Part shown: piece by piece, positions 40,069 to 50,688 of the stretch
Layout of the letters: each line of letters opens with the position of its first letter
How positions within the stretch are numbered: the first letter of the stretch is position 1
DNA from: Candidatus Poribacteria bacterium
GTDB lineage: Bacteria; Poribacteria; WGA-4E; PCPOR2b
Direction of reading: 5' to 3'
DNA length: 64,000 nucleotides
NCBI GenBank assembly: GCA_965218095.1
Contig: OZ244587.1
Location: forward strand, 1,472,001-1,536,000
Notes under the pieces: model-generated
The model's input: the letters and a program-made list of their open reading frames with translations, nothing else
What the model was told of the DNA's origin: nothing
Database searches by the model: none
Made by a program: the position numbers and the translations under genes

Positions 40069-41445
40069 ATGATGACAAATACCGAAAAAGAACTATCCAC
40101 ACAGGATTACCGAAAAATCGATCAGGCGCACGTCTGGCACCCACTCTTTCAGCATCAAACCTTGGATCAGACGGACCTGATTGTGTTCAAAGAAGCTCGC
40201 GGAACAACCGTCATCGACGCGGAGGGGCGCGAATATCTGGATGCCTACTCGGCGCTATGGAATGTCAACGTCGGATACGGACGACAGGAGATTGCTGATG
40301 CTGTCTATGAGCAGATCCAGACGTTGCCGTACTATCCGCATGCACAGATCAACATTCCCGCAACCCTGCTGGCTGAGAAACTCACCGAGATTTTGCCGGG
40401 GAATCTGAACCACGTTTTCTTCTGCAATGGTGGTTCTGAAGCCAATGACACCGCGATCAAAATTGCGCGACAGTACGGACGACAGAAATACCCCGGCGAT
40501 AATCGCTACAAGATCATCAGTCGCTATCGTGGGTATCACGGCTTCACTTATGGGGCAATGTCCGCAACGGGCCAAACCCGTCGGCGGAAAGCCTTTGAGC
40601 CACTTGTTCCCGGTTTCATCCACGCCCAGCCGCCTTACACCTATCGACATGCCGCGGGACGCAGCGAATCGGAGTTTGGACTCGTCTGCGCCGATGAAAT
40701 TGAACAGGTTATTCGGTGGGAAGGGCAGGAAACCGTCATCGCCGTTATTGCGGAACCGATCATCGGCGGCGGTGGGGTTATCGTGCCACCAGACAACTAT
40801 CTTCCGAGGGTAAGAGAAATCTGCGATAAGTACGGCATCCTGCTGATCCTTGACGAAGTGATCACCGGCTTCGGCAGGACTGGAAAGATGTTTGCCTGTG
40901 AGCAATGGGGCGTGCAGCCCGACATCATCAGCCTCGCCAAAGGGCTAACAAGTGGTTATCTTCCACTCGGCGCTTGTGTCGCAAGCGATGCAGTCTTTGA
41001 AGAATTCCTCGGCGAGCCTGATGAGCATCGAGAATTTGCACAAGTTTGCACCTACGGTGGACATCCCGTTGCTTGCGCGGCGGGCGTGGCAAACTTGAAG
41101 ATCCTCACAGAGGAGCGGTTATGGGAAAATGCCGAGCGCGTCGGAAGCTATCTGATTGAAAAACTGAATACGCTGCAAGATTTCCCGATTGTCGGAGACG
41201 TTAGGGGCAAAGGGCTGATGATCGGTGTTGAGTTGGTCAAGGATAACCACAAGACACCACTGGACACCGCTACAACGAAAAAGATCTGCGGGGCCATCCT
41301 GGAGAGAGGTATCATTGTTGGGCGAATTGGGCAGACCGTGGACGAGCCTGAAAATATCATTTTTATTGCTCCACCCTTGATTCTCACGGTTGCGGAGGCA
41401 GATCGAATTTTTGAAACGTTCCGGGAGGTACTTGGCCGCTTTTGA
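40069..41445 (+). CDS. Class III (omega) aminotransferase
   Basis: WHP, GGSEAND, YHG, DEVITGFGRTG and AKGLTSGY.P motifs. Confidence 0.93.
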   Translation: MMTNTEKELSTQDYRKIDQAHVWHPLFQHQTLDQTDLIVFKEARGTTVIDAEGREYLDAYSALWNVNVGYGRQEIADAVYEQIQTLPYYPHAQINIPATLLAEKLTEILPGNLNHVFFCNGGSEANDTAIKIARQYGRQKYPGDNRYKIISRYRGYHGFTYGAMSATGQTRRRKAFEPLVPGFIHAQPPYTYRHAAGRSESEFGLVCADEIEQVIRWEGQETVIAVIAEPIIGGGGVIVPPDNYLPRVREICDKYGILLILDEVITGFGRTGKMFACEQWGVQPDIISLAKGLTSGYLPLGACVASDAVFEEFLGEPDEHREFAQVCTYGGHPVACAAGVANLKILTEERLWENAERVGSYLIEKLNTLQDFPIVGDVRGKGLMIGVELVKDNHKTPLDTATTKKICGAILERGIIVGRIGQTVDEPENIIFIAPPLILTVAEADRIFETFREVLGRF

Positions 41446-41596
41446 ATCGGTAAGGACACCTATCCATAAATGTTATATTGAGCGCAACGAAAAATCTCGT
41501 TATAGAGACCCTCCGCTGCACCCAGAGAAAAGCAAAATTTTAGCGTTGCAACACCATCACTCTCATTTCGATGTATCTGTCGTTGGGTGTGCTAGC

Positions 41597-42271
41597 TCAT
41601 AATCGTCCGCCTGGTGAATCGCCGGTACCGACCTTGACGTGAGTTCCCTCCATCTGCTTCACAACATGCTGGATACACTCGTCAACCGTCTTGAACGGGG
41701 GATGCGGATACGTTTCCAGACTAAAATTCAAGTCATTCGCGCCAAACGCGAACATGTCAACGCCGGGTTTGCCAAGCTGGCGTGCGTTGGTGACCGCGTT
41801 GACAGATTCTAGTTGCAAGCAAAGGATGCCGTTGTTGTTCCACCATTCGGCGTACTCCAGGCGGTCACGACGTTCCTTGACCCCGTACCCTGAGCTGGGT
41901 CCCCAACTCCTTTTGCCGATTGGGGGATAGTAGAACGCATTGATCGCTTCATCAACCGTTGCTTCATCCTCAACCTGTGGCACCACAATAGCAAAAGGAC
42001 CCAGGTCGAGGTAGTTGCCGATGAGGTAAGCGTTCCGCGTGTGTTTGATGCGAAGCTGGACGGGTACCCCCAATTCCGCTGCTATGGCGCAAAACGCGAC
42101 CAGGTTCCTTTCACTGAACGCCGCGTGCTGGGCGTCAACGCCAACAAGATCGTAGGAATCCTGACTGAGGATGTCTTCAAGTTGACTTTTTGAGACATCC
42201 ATGGGCGCGTTTGCGACTTGAATAGTTTCCCTTTCGTGGATGCGTTGTTTCAACAATTTCTGATCTGACAT
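41597..42271 (-). CDS. HpcH/HpaI aldolase family protein
   Basis: VDAQH, YPPIGKRSWG, QLES and FGANDL motifs. Confidence 0.85.
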   Translation of the reverse strand: MSDQKLLKQRIHERETIQVANAPMDVSKSQLEDILSQDSYDLVGVDAQHAAFSERNLVAFCAIAAELGVPVQLRIKHTRNAYLIGNYLDLGPFAIVVPQVEDEATVDEAINAFYYPPIGKRSWGPSSGYGVKERRDRLEYAEWWNNNGILCLQLESVNAVTNARQLGKPGVDMFAFGANDLNFSLETYPHPPFKTVDECIQHVVKQMEGTHVKVGTGDSPGGRL

Positions 42272-42436
42272 ATCTAGTGCCTCCGTTAAACAATTATATC
42301 AATTCTGGTAATGCGAGATCTACTGATAAGAAAGTCTACCATGATTTCGTGTCAGGTTTCAATTCAGAATTGGTCACCAAATTTTCTACTTGATTCCTTC
42401 ACAGGTTTCTGCGAAAATAAAGCTATCCATTATTCA

Positions 42437-42834
42437 TGATCTGGCTGCTCACTCCCCGTGATTCTTCTGGTCATTAACACATTCATCTGGGGAGTTACCG
42501 CGTCACAGGTAGTTCAACAAAAATTTCCGTCCTTATCCGTTTCGGGGTTCAGTTGAACAGCGCCATTGTCGCTGGAGAGTATTGGCGACTTTTTAGCGGG
42601 ATGTTCCTGCATATTCGGATTGAACACTTCCTTTTTAACTGCCTGGCCCTCTTTTTTCTTGGAAAGGTATTGGAATCGCTGTATGGCAGATACAGGTTCC
42701 TGGCGATTTACCTCCTCACTGGATATTTTGGTAGCCTCCTGTTCCTCGCCTTTGGACCGCCGAATATCATATCAGTGGGTGCTTCCGGCACAGTATTCGG
42801 CATCATCGGCGCTCATATTAACCAATGGTGCTAG
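42437..42834 (+). pseudogene. Rhomboid protease fragment, frameshifted and ending at the IS5 insertion
   Basis: GEYWRLF..MFLH..H..FN and VGASG.VFG motifs; the catalytic His region was not found. Confidence 0.8.
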
Positions 42835-43668
42835 GTTCTGTTGACATTTGAGTATAAGGTTGTGGCATAATAGAAGAATGACGCCAATAACCTTACCTGA
42901 TGAACAATGGAATAAGATATACCGGTTTCTTCTAAGCTGTCCCACCATCTATGTTGGCGACGAAGCTGCTACACGCCGCTTCGTCGAAGCCGTCCTGTGG
43001 GTGACTCGTAGCGGCGCTCAATGGAGACTTCTACCAGACACCTATGGCAAATCGAACACCCGCTACAAGCGGTTTGCTCGATGGTGCGACAAAGGTATCT
43101 TCACACAGATGCACCCCCACTTCGCCTCTGACCCCGATATCGAGTCGCTTATTGTGGACAGTACAATCTGCCGCGCTCACCCGTCTGCGGCGGGCACCTT
43201 AAAAAGCTGGCGCCTTAAAAAAAACGGTGGGACTGAAAACCAAGCATTAGGTTGCTCTCGGGGCGGTTTCAGTACAAAAAATCACATCACAGTTGACGGA
43301 CTAGGCAATCCCCTAAGAATTCATCTGACACCCGGTCAGAGACATGACATAACTGAGGCGGAAGGGTTGATAATCGGATATAACAGTGAATATGTGATTG
43401 GAGACAAGGGGTACGATTCGGACGCTTTTATCGCGGTTATTGAGGCGAATGGAGCGATTGCGGTGATACCACCAAAAAGTCATCGTGTTGACCAAAGAAC
43501 GTATGACAAACACTTATACAAAGAGAGACATCGGGTTGAATGTTTCATCAACAAGATAAAATGGTATCGTCGTATCTTCTCTCGGTTTGAGAAGCTAGCT
43601 GTCCGTTATTTTGGATTTCTCAGCTTTGTCGCCACTCTTATATGGCTCCCTTGAAATGTCAACAGAAC
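42835..43668 (+). mobile_element. IS5-family (IS427-like) element with an intact single-frame transposase (42878-43654)
   Basis: 15-bp TIRs, CTAG duplication, G..WR.LP, VDST, GDKGYDS and YKERH.VE.F motifs. Confidence 0.93.
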
Positions 43669-43764
43669 CTAGCTATAAATCTGTTAAGGTGTTTGTTTAT
43701 GAAGAATCTCTTTGGCTAGGATTTGGGCGACAAGGCGGCAGCCATCGTCTGATAGGTACCCTTC

Positions 43765-44616
43765 TCATTTTCCGATTGGTTGGCTTTCGCATTTGGTGCA
43801 TCGGAAGCCGATGTGGTAGTATGCCCCTGACAGGGCGTAAGCACGTGCAGCGCAGCGGAGGTCGAATATCGCATCAAACCAACTCCCGCCCCGAACGACA
43901 AACGGTCCCTTCGCAGGAAGCGTCAGACGATTCACATCACGCCTGCGATAATGCGGCAGATAGCTATCTGCACACCATTCCGCGACGTTGCCTCCCATGT
44001 CATAGAGGGTATAGCCGTTCAGTTGGAAGGCGCCGACAGGTTTCAGGTATCGCCGCATATTTTTAACCCCACCACTGCGGATGCTTCTCACATCGTAGTT
44101 TGCCGCCTCCTCGTCAACCTGGTTCCCCCACGGATAGAGCAGATTCGGCGTCCTACCCCGCGCTGCTTTCTCCCATTCCGCCTCCGATGGTAAACGTTTC
44201 CCACGCCATTTGCAATATGCCTGCGCCGCTTCATAGGTGACATACGTCACAGAATACCGCTCCATGCTAGGAGGAAAATCGTTTCCGTCCCAATGCTTGA
44301 GATAATCCCGAACCTTGATGGCTGACTTTTGCCATTGAGGATTTGCCAGAACGAACACCTGATAATCGGCGTTGGTGACTTCGTATCGGTCGATAGAGAA
44401 CGCATCCACTGATACTTGATGCACAGGCGTTTCATCGGGTCTGCCTTTATCACTTCCCATCTGGAATTGACCGGCAGAGATAAATATCATCTCTGATAAT
44501 GTTAGATCCTGGGAATGCCCGATTGAGTTAATGGATAGTAAAACGTAAAACGTGAAACGCAATGAGTGATGAGTGAGTGAGTGATTACGCATGAGTTTTT
44601 CTTCTTTAATACTCAA
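43765..44616 (-). CDS. Formylglycine-generating enzyme (SUMF1)-fold protein
   Basis: F.MGS, EVTN, RLPSEAEWEKAARG, DMGGNVAEW, RGGSW and GFRC motifs; lacks the catalytic CxxxxC. Confidence 0.88.
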   Translation of the reverse strand: MSIKEEKLMRNHSLTHHSLRFTFYVLLSINSIGHSQDLTLSEMIFISAGQFQMGSDKGRPDETPVHQVSVDAFSIDRYEVTNADYQVFVLANPQWQKSAIKVRDYLKHWDGNDFPPSMERYSVTYVTYEAAQAYCKWRGKRLPSEAEWEKAARGRTPNLLYPWGNQVDEEAANYDVRSIRSGGVKNMRRYLKPVGAFQLNGYTLYDMGGNVAEWCADSYLPHYRRRDVNRLTLPAKGPFVVRGGSWFDAIFDLRCAARAYALSGAYYHIGFRCTKCESQPIGK

Positions 44617-46412
44617 TCATTAGCTTGGCTAAGTGCGCCCTCCGCAATCTCCTCTTCCGCTGCCGTGCGCGGTGGGGTTGACATTTCGAGCTTGAAGGCG
44701 AGCATGTACATCATCACCACACCCAAAGCCCACCAAACAATCTGCCACACCCAGAGTTTCGGCAGACCGAAAATAAATGCCTTTGCATCGCTGCCCAAAA
44801 CTACGCCAGGACCAATTGCGAAAATGAACCAGATTGGCGTTAGAATCCACATCAGCCTTTTGAGGCCCTGCTTTTCTGGCGGAACGCTTGCTGTCTCATG
44901 GAGATAGCCGTGAAACTCCGATATGCGTTTCAGATCTTCCGCTTTGGGCTGTGGGCCCAGATAGCTGACTAGCACCGCGATTGGCAGATTCAATAGAATG
45001 CCCCAACCAGCGCTGTGGATGGTCAACGGGTAGCGAAAACCTTGAATCATATACGTTACATTTACAGCAATGAGTCCGGCAATCAAACCGGCAACAATCC
45101 CTGGTCGCGTCAAGCGTTTCCAGAAAAGTGCACCGATTAATGCAGGATACATTTGAAATCCATAAGAAACAGCAAGTCCGCCAAGCAAGACCAGTTGATC
45201 ACCGGAAATGAAAGCCACAATAAAAGCAAGCATCGTAATACAGATGACGCTCAAACGTCCAAACCAGATCTGCGCGGTGTGACTGGTATCCGGCTTGATA
45301 TATCGCACAAACAGGTCACGGGTCACCATGCCGCCGCCTGTGGACATGTACGCCGCGCCTGTCGATTGCATCGCAGCCAGCGCAGCGATTGCCGTAAACA
45401 CCAGAAGTGGCGTTGGCAATGTCTTTTTCATCAAAGTTGGAACGAGCGCGTCAGTGGCTAACTTGCCGTCGGGTGTTCTCAGATTGATCTCGCCCGCTTG
45501 ATGCAAAATCTGTCCACCGAGTCCCTGGAATGCTGTGAAAAAGATGAGAACGGCGCCAACAATCAGTGATGAGGCAAAAACCTGTTGCCAGGGAAAAGGA
45601 CGTGTGTCTTTGTTGCTGAACGCCCACATGGAAAATGCCGGTGCAGCTTGGATGCCCATCAAGGCGAACATATACGTGAGCGTTTTGATGCCTGTCCACT
45701 CAGGACCTGGCGCTTTGAATTTCATGATGCCAGGGACTTCCAGGAATTTTGCGTCAAGTCCATGCAGTTTTGCCGTGAATGCTGACCAGCCGCCGATTGC
45801 AACGACTGTGGAAATCCCGATGATAACAATTCCAGCAATCAGTAAAAGGCATTGCAGGCAATCAACCCATGCCACAGACCTCAAGCCGCCTGCAGCAACA
45901 TAGAATACGACGACGGCTGAAAGTAAGATTGCGCCTCCGTATATCGGAAGGCCCGTCAGTCAGTTAAAGAGCAATCCGCACGCCTTCAACTGTACCGCCA
46001 GGTACGGGATGCTGAATACGAGCGCGACGATAACCGTCAAAATTCGCATGGCTTCACTACCATAGTAATATCGGAACATCTCTCCGGGGGTAATAAACTC
46101 ATATTTCTTGCCGACAAGCCATTGCCGTTTTAAGAAGAGCACGCCGGAAAACGGAATCGTAATCGCATAAAACGACGCAAAGGCATACGCCAACCCCGAT
46201 TTGAGAAGCGTCGCCGGATGTCCAACAAATGTCCAACCGCTGAACGATGTCGCTGTGGCAGCGAGGACAAACACCCAGAGCGGCAGTTGCCTACCTGCGA
46301 TGAAATAGTCAGAGGCGGTTCTGGTTCGACGGAATCCTTTGACGCCCCAGAAAATACAGTAGATCCAGTATAGGGTCACGCCAAACCATACCCAAAATAC
46401 TGCTTTTTCCAC
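44613..46412 (-). pseudogene. Sodium:solute symporter with one in-frame TGA at 45960-45962
   Basis: DYFIAGR, ATATSFSGWTF.GHP, GGLRSVAWVD and AAMQST motifs; both ORF halves are in the same frame. Confidence 0.82.
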
Positions 46413-46674
46413 TTTTGTTCCCTTTCTCTTAAAGAATGCTTGTGATTTTTCTGATAGCCTTTGGGACAACTCACCCCAACACTCGCACGGAGTTTAGCAA
46501 AAAGGAGGGCGTTTGTCAAATGGAAAATTGAGGGAAAAAATCGGAGAATTGCAGGAAGCAATCTGTGACATAATACCAAATACAGCTTAAAATGAGCTTT
46601 TTCAGATTTTCGTATCAAGCTGGTTGAGGTGCTCGACTTGAGATTGAAAACTATCATTTAAAACTGAAAACGGT

Positions 46675-47707
46675 TAGGAGTTACGCAGTTGGTGTTAAAG
46701 TGTAAAGCGGTTGAGCCAGATAGGCACGAACCGCTTCTCTGATAAGCGAGACTTTCGCTTCAAACCAACTGATGCCGGTCAAAAAACAGTGCCGCTCTAG
46801 GCATAGAAACGCTCGCAATGCCAGCCCAATATGATGGCGTTGCGCAACTTCCTTGCGAACCATGCACCTCTCAACACCGACAAATTCTTGATGCCTTGAT
46901 GGTATTGTTCAATTGCCCAAAACAGTTCGTCATACTTGAGTCAAAACAGTGCGTCGCTCGTTGCCTAGTATTCAATGTCACCGTGTGGGGAGACTATCTT
47001 GAAAACCTTAATCAATCCATATCCCTTTAGATGAACGATGCTTCCTCTCTCACTAATAGCCAGTTCGCAGACCCGCTGATTGCCCCGGTTATCTAGTTTG
47101 ACCCGTCGATTGGACTTCAATTGGGTGAGCCAATGCCATCGATAGTTCCGAATCGTCAAAAGATTCTTCAAACTGCTGTACCAACTGTCAAAGACCACAC
47201 ACTCCGGAGAAAAGCCTCTCGCATGAGCATTGGAGATTAGAGCTTGAAAGTGATTATTTTTGGTCAAGCTATCATTGCGTTTATTATAGAGGCGGTAATC
47301 GCAGGGAATGTGACTGTCGCCATCAGTCCACATCAGAGTAATGAGGTTAATCCCTGAGACCACTTTTTTGTGTTTGCCTGACCAATGGCGGGTCACCCGC
47401 TCTATTTTTTGTGCATAGGGTTTGTCAAGGGTTGAGTCGTCTATGACCAAAATCCCCCGGTCTTGGGTGACATAAGCCTGTGACTCTTGCCACAATTGTT
47501 GTGGATTGGGTGTAAGCCGATAGAGGAATCGATTCAGCGAGTCATGCGCTGCCGGGGTGTTCTGTTGAGGTTGGACTCTGGCAGCCTCGGTACAACTGTA
47601 GTATCTGGGAGTCGCAATTAGAAAGTTGATATAGTCATATTCATTGCATTGGGGTCGATTCATAGCCTTTATTATAATCTATTTTCTGTCCAAGTGCATA
47701 ACTCCTA
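46675..47707 (-). mobile_element. IS701-family element (defective), second copy
   Basis: Same TIRs, flanking repeat ACGGT, near-identical to 30656-32532 without the IS5. Confidence 0.92.
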
Positions 47708-47740
47708 ACGGTATAAGAGGCAATACACGTAACAATGCAC

Positions 47741-47772
47741 AAATAAAAAAGGCTACTTCATAATGAGTAGCC
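47741..47772 (-). terminator. Intrinsic terminator downstream of vapC
   Basis: GGCTACT..AGTAGCC hairpin followed by TTTTTTATTT on the minus strand. Confidence 0.65.
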
Positions 47773-47846
47773 CTATCATGGCTGATTTCTCCTGATGTCA
47801 AGAGGGTTATCTGTACGCCCGGTGGCAATTCTGTGAAAAGTGTTTT

Positions 47847-48254
47847 TTACTCTCTCAACCAATTTTCTACGGTGAGATCTTCAACCCATTGAAAATGCGA
47901 ATCATCTGGGACAAGAATCAAGTTTCGGGTCAGTGCCGTGGCAGCAATCAGGATATCTGCATCTGGTATGGGTCTCCCTCTCCGTCTCAGGTCTACATGG
48001 ATGTCCACCGCTTTATCGAAAACTTCCTGACCGTCCCAAAATAGCATTTGGAAATTTTGGCGGATTGCCTCAAAGTCCCTGAACTTTCTTGTGGCGTTTA
48101 CGGCTAAAAGGCCACGTTTAATCTCATAGTAGCTGACCGCACTCGTAGCATGAGGCCCCTTAGAAAAATTGGCTTCGTCCCATTTTGCAACTACCATTTC
48201 ATTCTTGTTGATTCGGGCGCTAATGATGTTCGTGTCAAGAAGATACAACATCAT
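47847..48254 (-). CDS. vapC: VapC/PIN-domain ribonuclease with no adjacent antitoxin
   Basis: YLLDTN, YYEI, DADILIAATA, DDSHF and ENW motifs. Confidence 0.88.
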   Translation of the reverse strand: MMLYLLDTNIISARINKNEMVVAKWDEANFSKGPHATSAVSYYEIKRGLLAVNATRKFRDFEAIRQNFQMLFWDGQEVFDKAVDIHVDLRRRGRPIPDADILIAATALTRNLILVPDDSHFQWVEDLTVENWLRE

Positions 48255-48256
48255 CT

Positions 48257-48377
48257 TAGGAATTACATAGTTGCCCCTAATTATTCCACTATTCCTACAT
48301 CTTGAATCTTGATCGGGATTCACGATGCAAGATTCAGGTACGGCAGGACTTGTTTAATATGAAGTGCGTAACTCCTA
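48257..48377. mobile_element. 121-bp MITE with IS701-type ends
   Basis: TAGGAATTACATAGTTG ... AAGTGCGTAACTCCTA, with a 7-bp direct repeat ATCATCT at 48250-48256 and 48378-48384. Confidence 0.85.
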
Positions 48378-48386
48378 ATCATCTAT

Positions 48387-48415
48387 ATTCTATCAGCAGA
48401 ATCAGGTTCTGTCAA
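48387..48415 (-). promoter_or_regulatory. Sigma70 promoter of vapC
   Basis: TTGACA-17-TAGAAT on the minus strand. Confidence 0.7.
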
Positions 48416-48443
48416 ATCCAAATGACGACAGACGTTTCACACC

Positions 48444-50183
48444 CTAAATCTTGAAAATCTCTCCCAAACGACTACCCAGCACGCGCCCAGAGGCAAGAAG
48501 GCACGCTGTTAAAATGAACATTCCCACGACGCCTAACGCACAGGCAACATACGCGCCGCCAACAGGACGTTGTGAGAGGCTCCAGATTGCCTTGGTAATT
48601 GGGTTGTACTGATCGCGCATCGCAAGGATTAAGCTATCACTCACTTCTAGCATGGAGAATGAGAACACGAGAATCGATCCGGCAATGATATTGGCAATCA
48701 CAAGGGGCAGCGTAATCTTATAGAGCGTCCGCACCGAATTTGCGCCGAGATTCTGTGAAGCTTCTTCGTAAGTAATGCTGGTCTGCTGAAGGCCTGCATA
48801 AATTGACCGGAGCATATACGGCAGACGCCTCACGGCATAGCTGATGATTAAGAGGGCAATTGGGTTTTGACGGGGATCTAAGACGGATACGATGGATTGG
48901 GGCAGATGACGAAGCAGCAGCGTCGTGTCCGCAAAGCTACCGACATAGCCAAAAGCGAGCGCGACGCCGGGGAGTGCTAAGGGCAGCATCGCGATTGCAT
49001 CAAGCAGATTCTTGAAGGGGATGCGCTTACGGGTGAGGAGATATGAGATAATAATCCCAAGGATGAGCCCGAGTAGCGTGCTGAAAACACTGTATAACAA
49101 ACTGTTTTTTATGCTCGGCCATGTGTCATCGTGGGTAAATACCGTCGCATAATGTTTCAATGTGTAGCTCTTGGGCAGCACACTCAACCGCCACTGACTT
49201 GCGTCAGGAGTGAGCGAAGTCAAGATAATGCTGATATGCGGCAACAGCGCCATGAAGATGATCGCTCCCACGAAAAAATAGATCGCGGCGCACATCCAGC
49301 GGCTTGCCTGAACCTCACGTGAACCAACATGTCCGCGTCCGAGCATCGCATACTGTTTCGTTCCAGCCCAACGCTTAGAGATGTAGAACGCAAGGGCTGT
49401 CAGCACAATAATCAGGACGACGAGCGCGTACCCCATCGGGTTGACGTTGGCGTCAGTAACTTGACGGAAAATCCGTACGGCGATGACTTCATTGTAATCG
49501 AATATCAGCGGCGTGCCCAGATCGGTGAATGCCCAGATGAAAACCAGGATTGCCCCAGCGAAATATCCGGGAAGCATGAGCGGTAATATCACCGTCCAGA
49601 AAAGTTTCAAGCGCGATGCCCCCATGTTTTCGGCGGCTTCCTCCAGACTCGGATCAACGTTTGCCAGCGCCGCGACAACGTTGAGATACATGATTGGGTA
49701 GAGGTGCAGGGTTGCCAGCAGGGCCACGCCCCAAAATCCGCTGCCGAACCAGTCGATCGGTTCTGCCAAATCCATGAGTCCAATCTTGTTCAGGAAGATG
49801 TTCACGCTGCCGTACAAGCCAAAAAGCTGCTTCATGCCAATTGCTCCGACAAAGGGTGGCATAATAATTGGGATGAGGATCACCCCCTGCAAGGCGCCAC
49901 GTCCGGGGAAGCAATAACGGGTGAGGAAATAGGCGAGCGGCAGGCTAACGAACGTCGTCATCAGTGTCACCACCACCCCGATCTTGAAGCTATTGATGAC
50001 GAGCTCACGGATACTCTCATCCGTAATCATCAGCTTGAAATACTCAATGCTCAGACGGTCGTTAATCCAGAAGGATTCTTTGAAAATGTACAGGAGTGGA
50101 TATATCAGAAATGCGAAGAAGAAGAAGATAATCGGCAGGAGAAGCAGCGGGACAGAGGGCGTTAAATCGTATTTTCTCAGCAT
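48444..50183 (-). CDS. Stand-alone ABC permease, Fe(III)/thiamine (FbpB/ThiP) type
   Basis: Two EEAA..GA/EEAS..GA loops, about 12 TM segments and DLGTP. Confidence 0.88.
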   Translation of the reverse strand: MLRKYDLTPSVPLLLLPIIFFFFAFLIYPLLYIFKESFWINDRLSIEYFKLMITDESIRELVINSFKIGVVVTLMTTFVSLPLAYFLTRYCFPGRGALQGVILIPIIMPPFVGAIGMKQLFGLYGSVNIFLNKIGLMDLAEPIDWFGSGFWGVALLATLHLYPIMYLNVVAALANVDPSLEEAAENMGASRLKLFWTVILPLMLPGYFAGAILVFIWAFTDLGTPLIFDYNEVIAVRIFRQVTDANVNPMGYALVVLIIVLTALAFYISKRWAGTKQYAMLGRGHVGSREVQASRWMCAAIYFFVGAIIFMALLPHISIILTSLTPDASQWRLSVLPKSYTLKHYATVFTHDDTWPSIKNSLLYSVFSTLLGLILGIIISYLLTRKRIPFKNLLDAIAMLPLALPGVALAFGYVGSFADTTLLLRHLPQSIVSVLDPRQNPIALLIISYAVRRLPYMLRSIYAGLQQTSITYEEASQNLGANSVRTLYKITLPLVIANIIAGSILVFSFSMLEVSDSLILAMRDQYNPITKAIWSLSQRPVGGAYVACALGVVGMFILTACLLASGRVLGSRLGEIFKI

Positions 50184-50514
50184 AGATTCGATAGGTAATA
50201 CTCTGTAACATAAATTATGAGAGCTGAAGTCCAGTGAGCAGATGCTTGCTGACCCCCCCCGCCTGCGGGGGGAATAAAGGGGGGGGGAGGAAGAACGAGG
50301 CAAGAACGGGTCGTAAAACGTGACAGGTCAGAAGAACTCTCTTATGACGCATTACGTTTTACGCATTACGTTTCACGACCCCCTTTCTGACGCAGATTGT
50401 TGTACATGTCAAAACTTACTTTACAGTGTAGTAATTACCCGGAACTTTTAATTTGATAGATTTCTGGATATCCCTTCGCGTCGTTTCCCCTCGAACGCAG
50501 TACAGGGCTCTAGG

Positions 50515-50575
50515 GCAAGCGACGGCTTTAGCCGGTCGCTCTTTCGCAAAGACCCGGCTAAAGCCGCCTGATAGA
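50515..50575. repeat. Inverted REP-like doublet
   Basis: CGGCTTTAGCCGG ... CCGGCTAAAGCCG 13-bp inverted repeat; each arm is itself palindromic. Confidence 0.65.
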
Positions 50576-50688
50576 TCGCCTGTCCCGATCCCATCAGGGG
50601 ATGCGAGGACCGGCATCCAAGGTAAGCATACGATTATCGAAATAATTATGTCCGGTTACTTATGACGTAGGGACATGAGAGCAATCCC

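Noticed and set aside
31271-43668. Composite transposon bounded by the two inverted IS5 copies
   Set aside because: Each copy has its own CTAG duplication, one is nested in IS701, and the enclosed genes are housekeeping.
45960-45962. Selenocysteine codon
   Set aside because: Non-redox transporter position and no convincing SECIS hairpin downstream.
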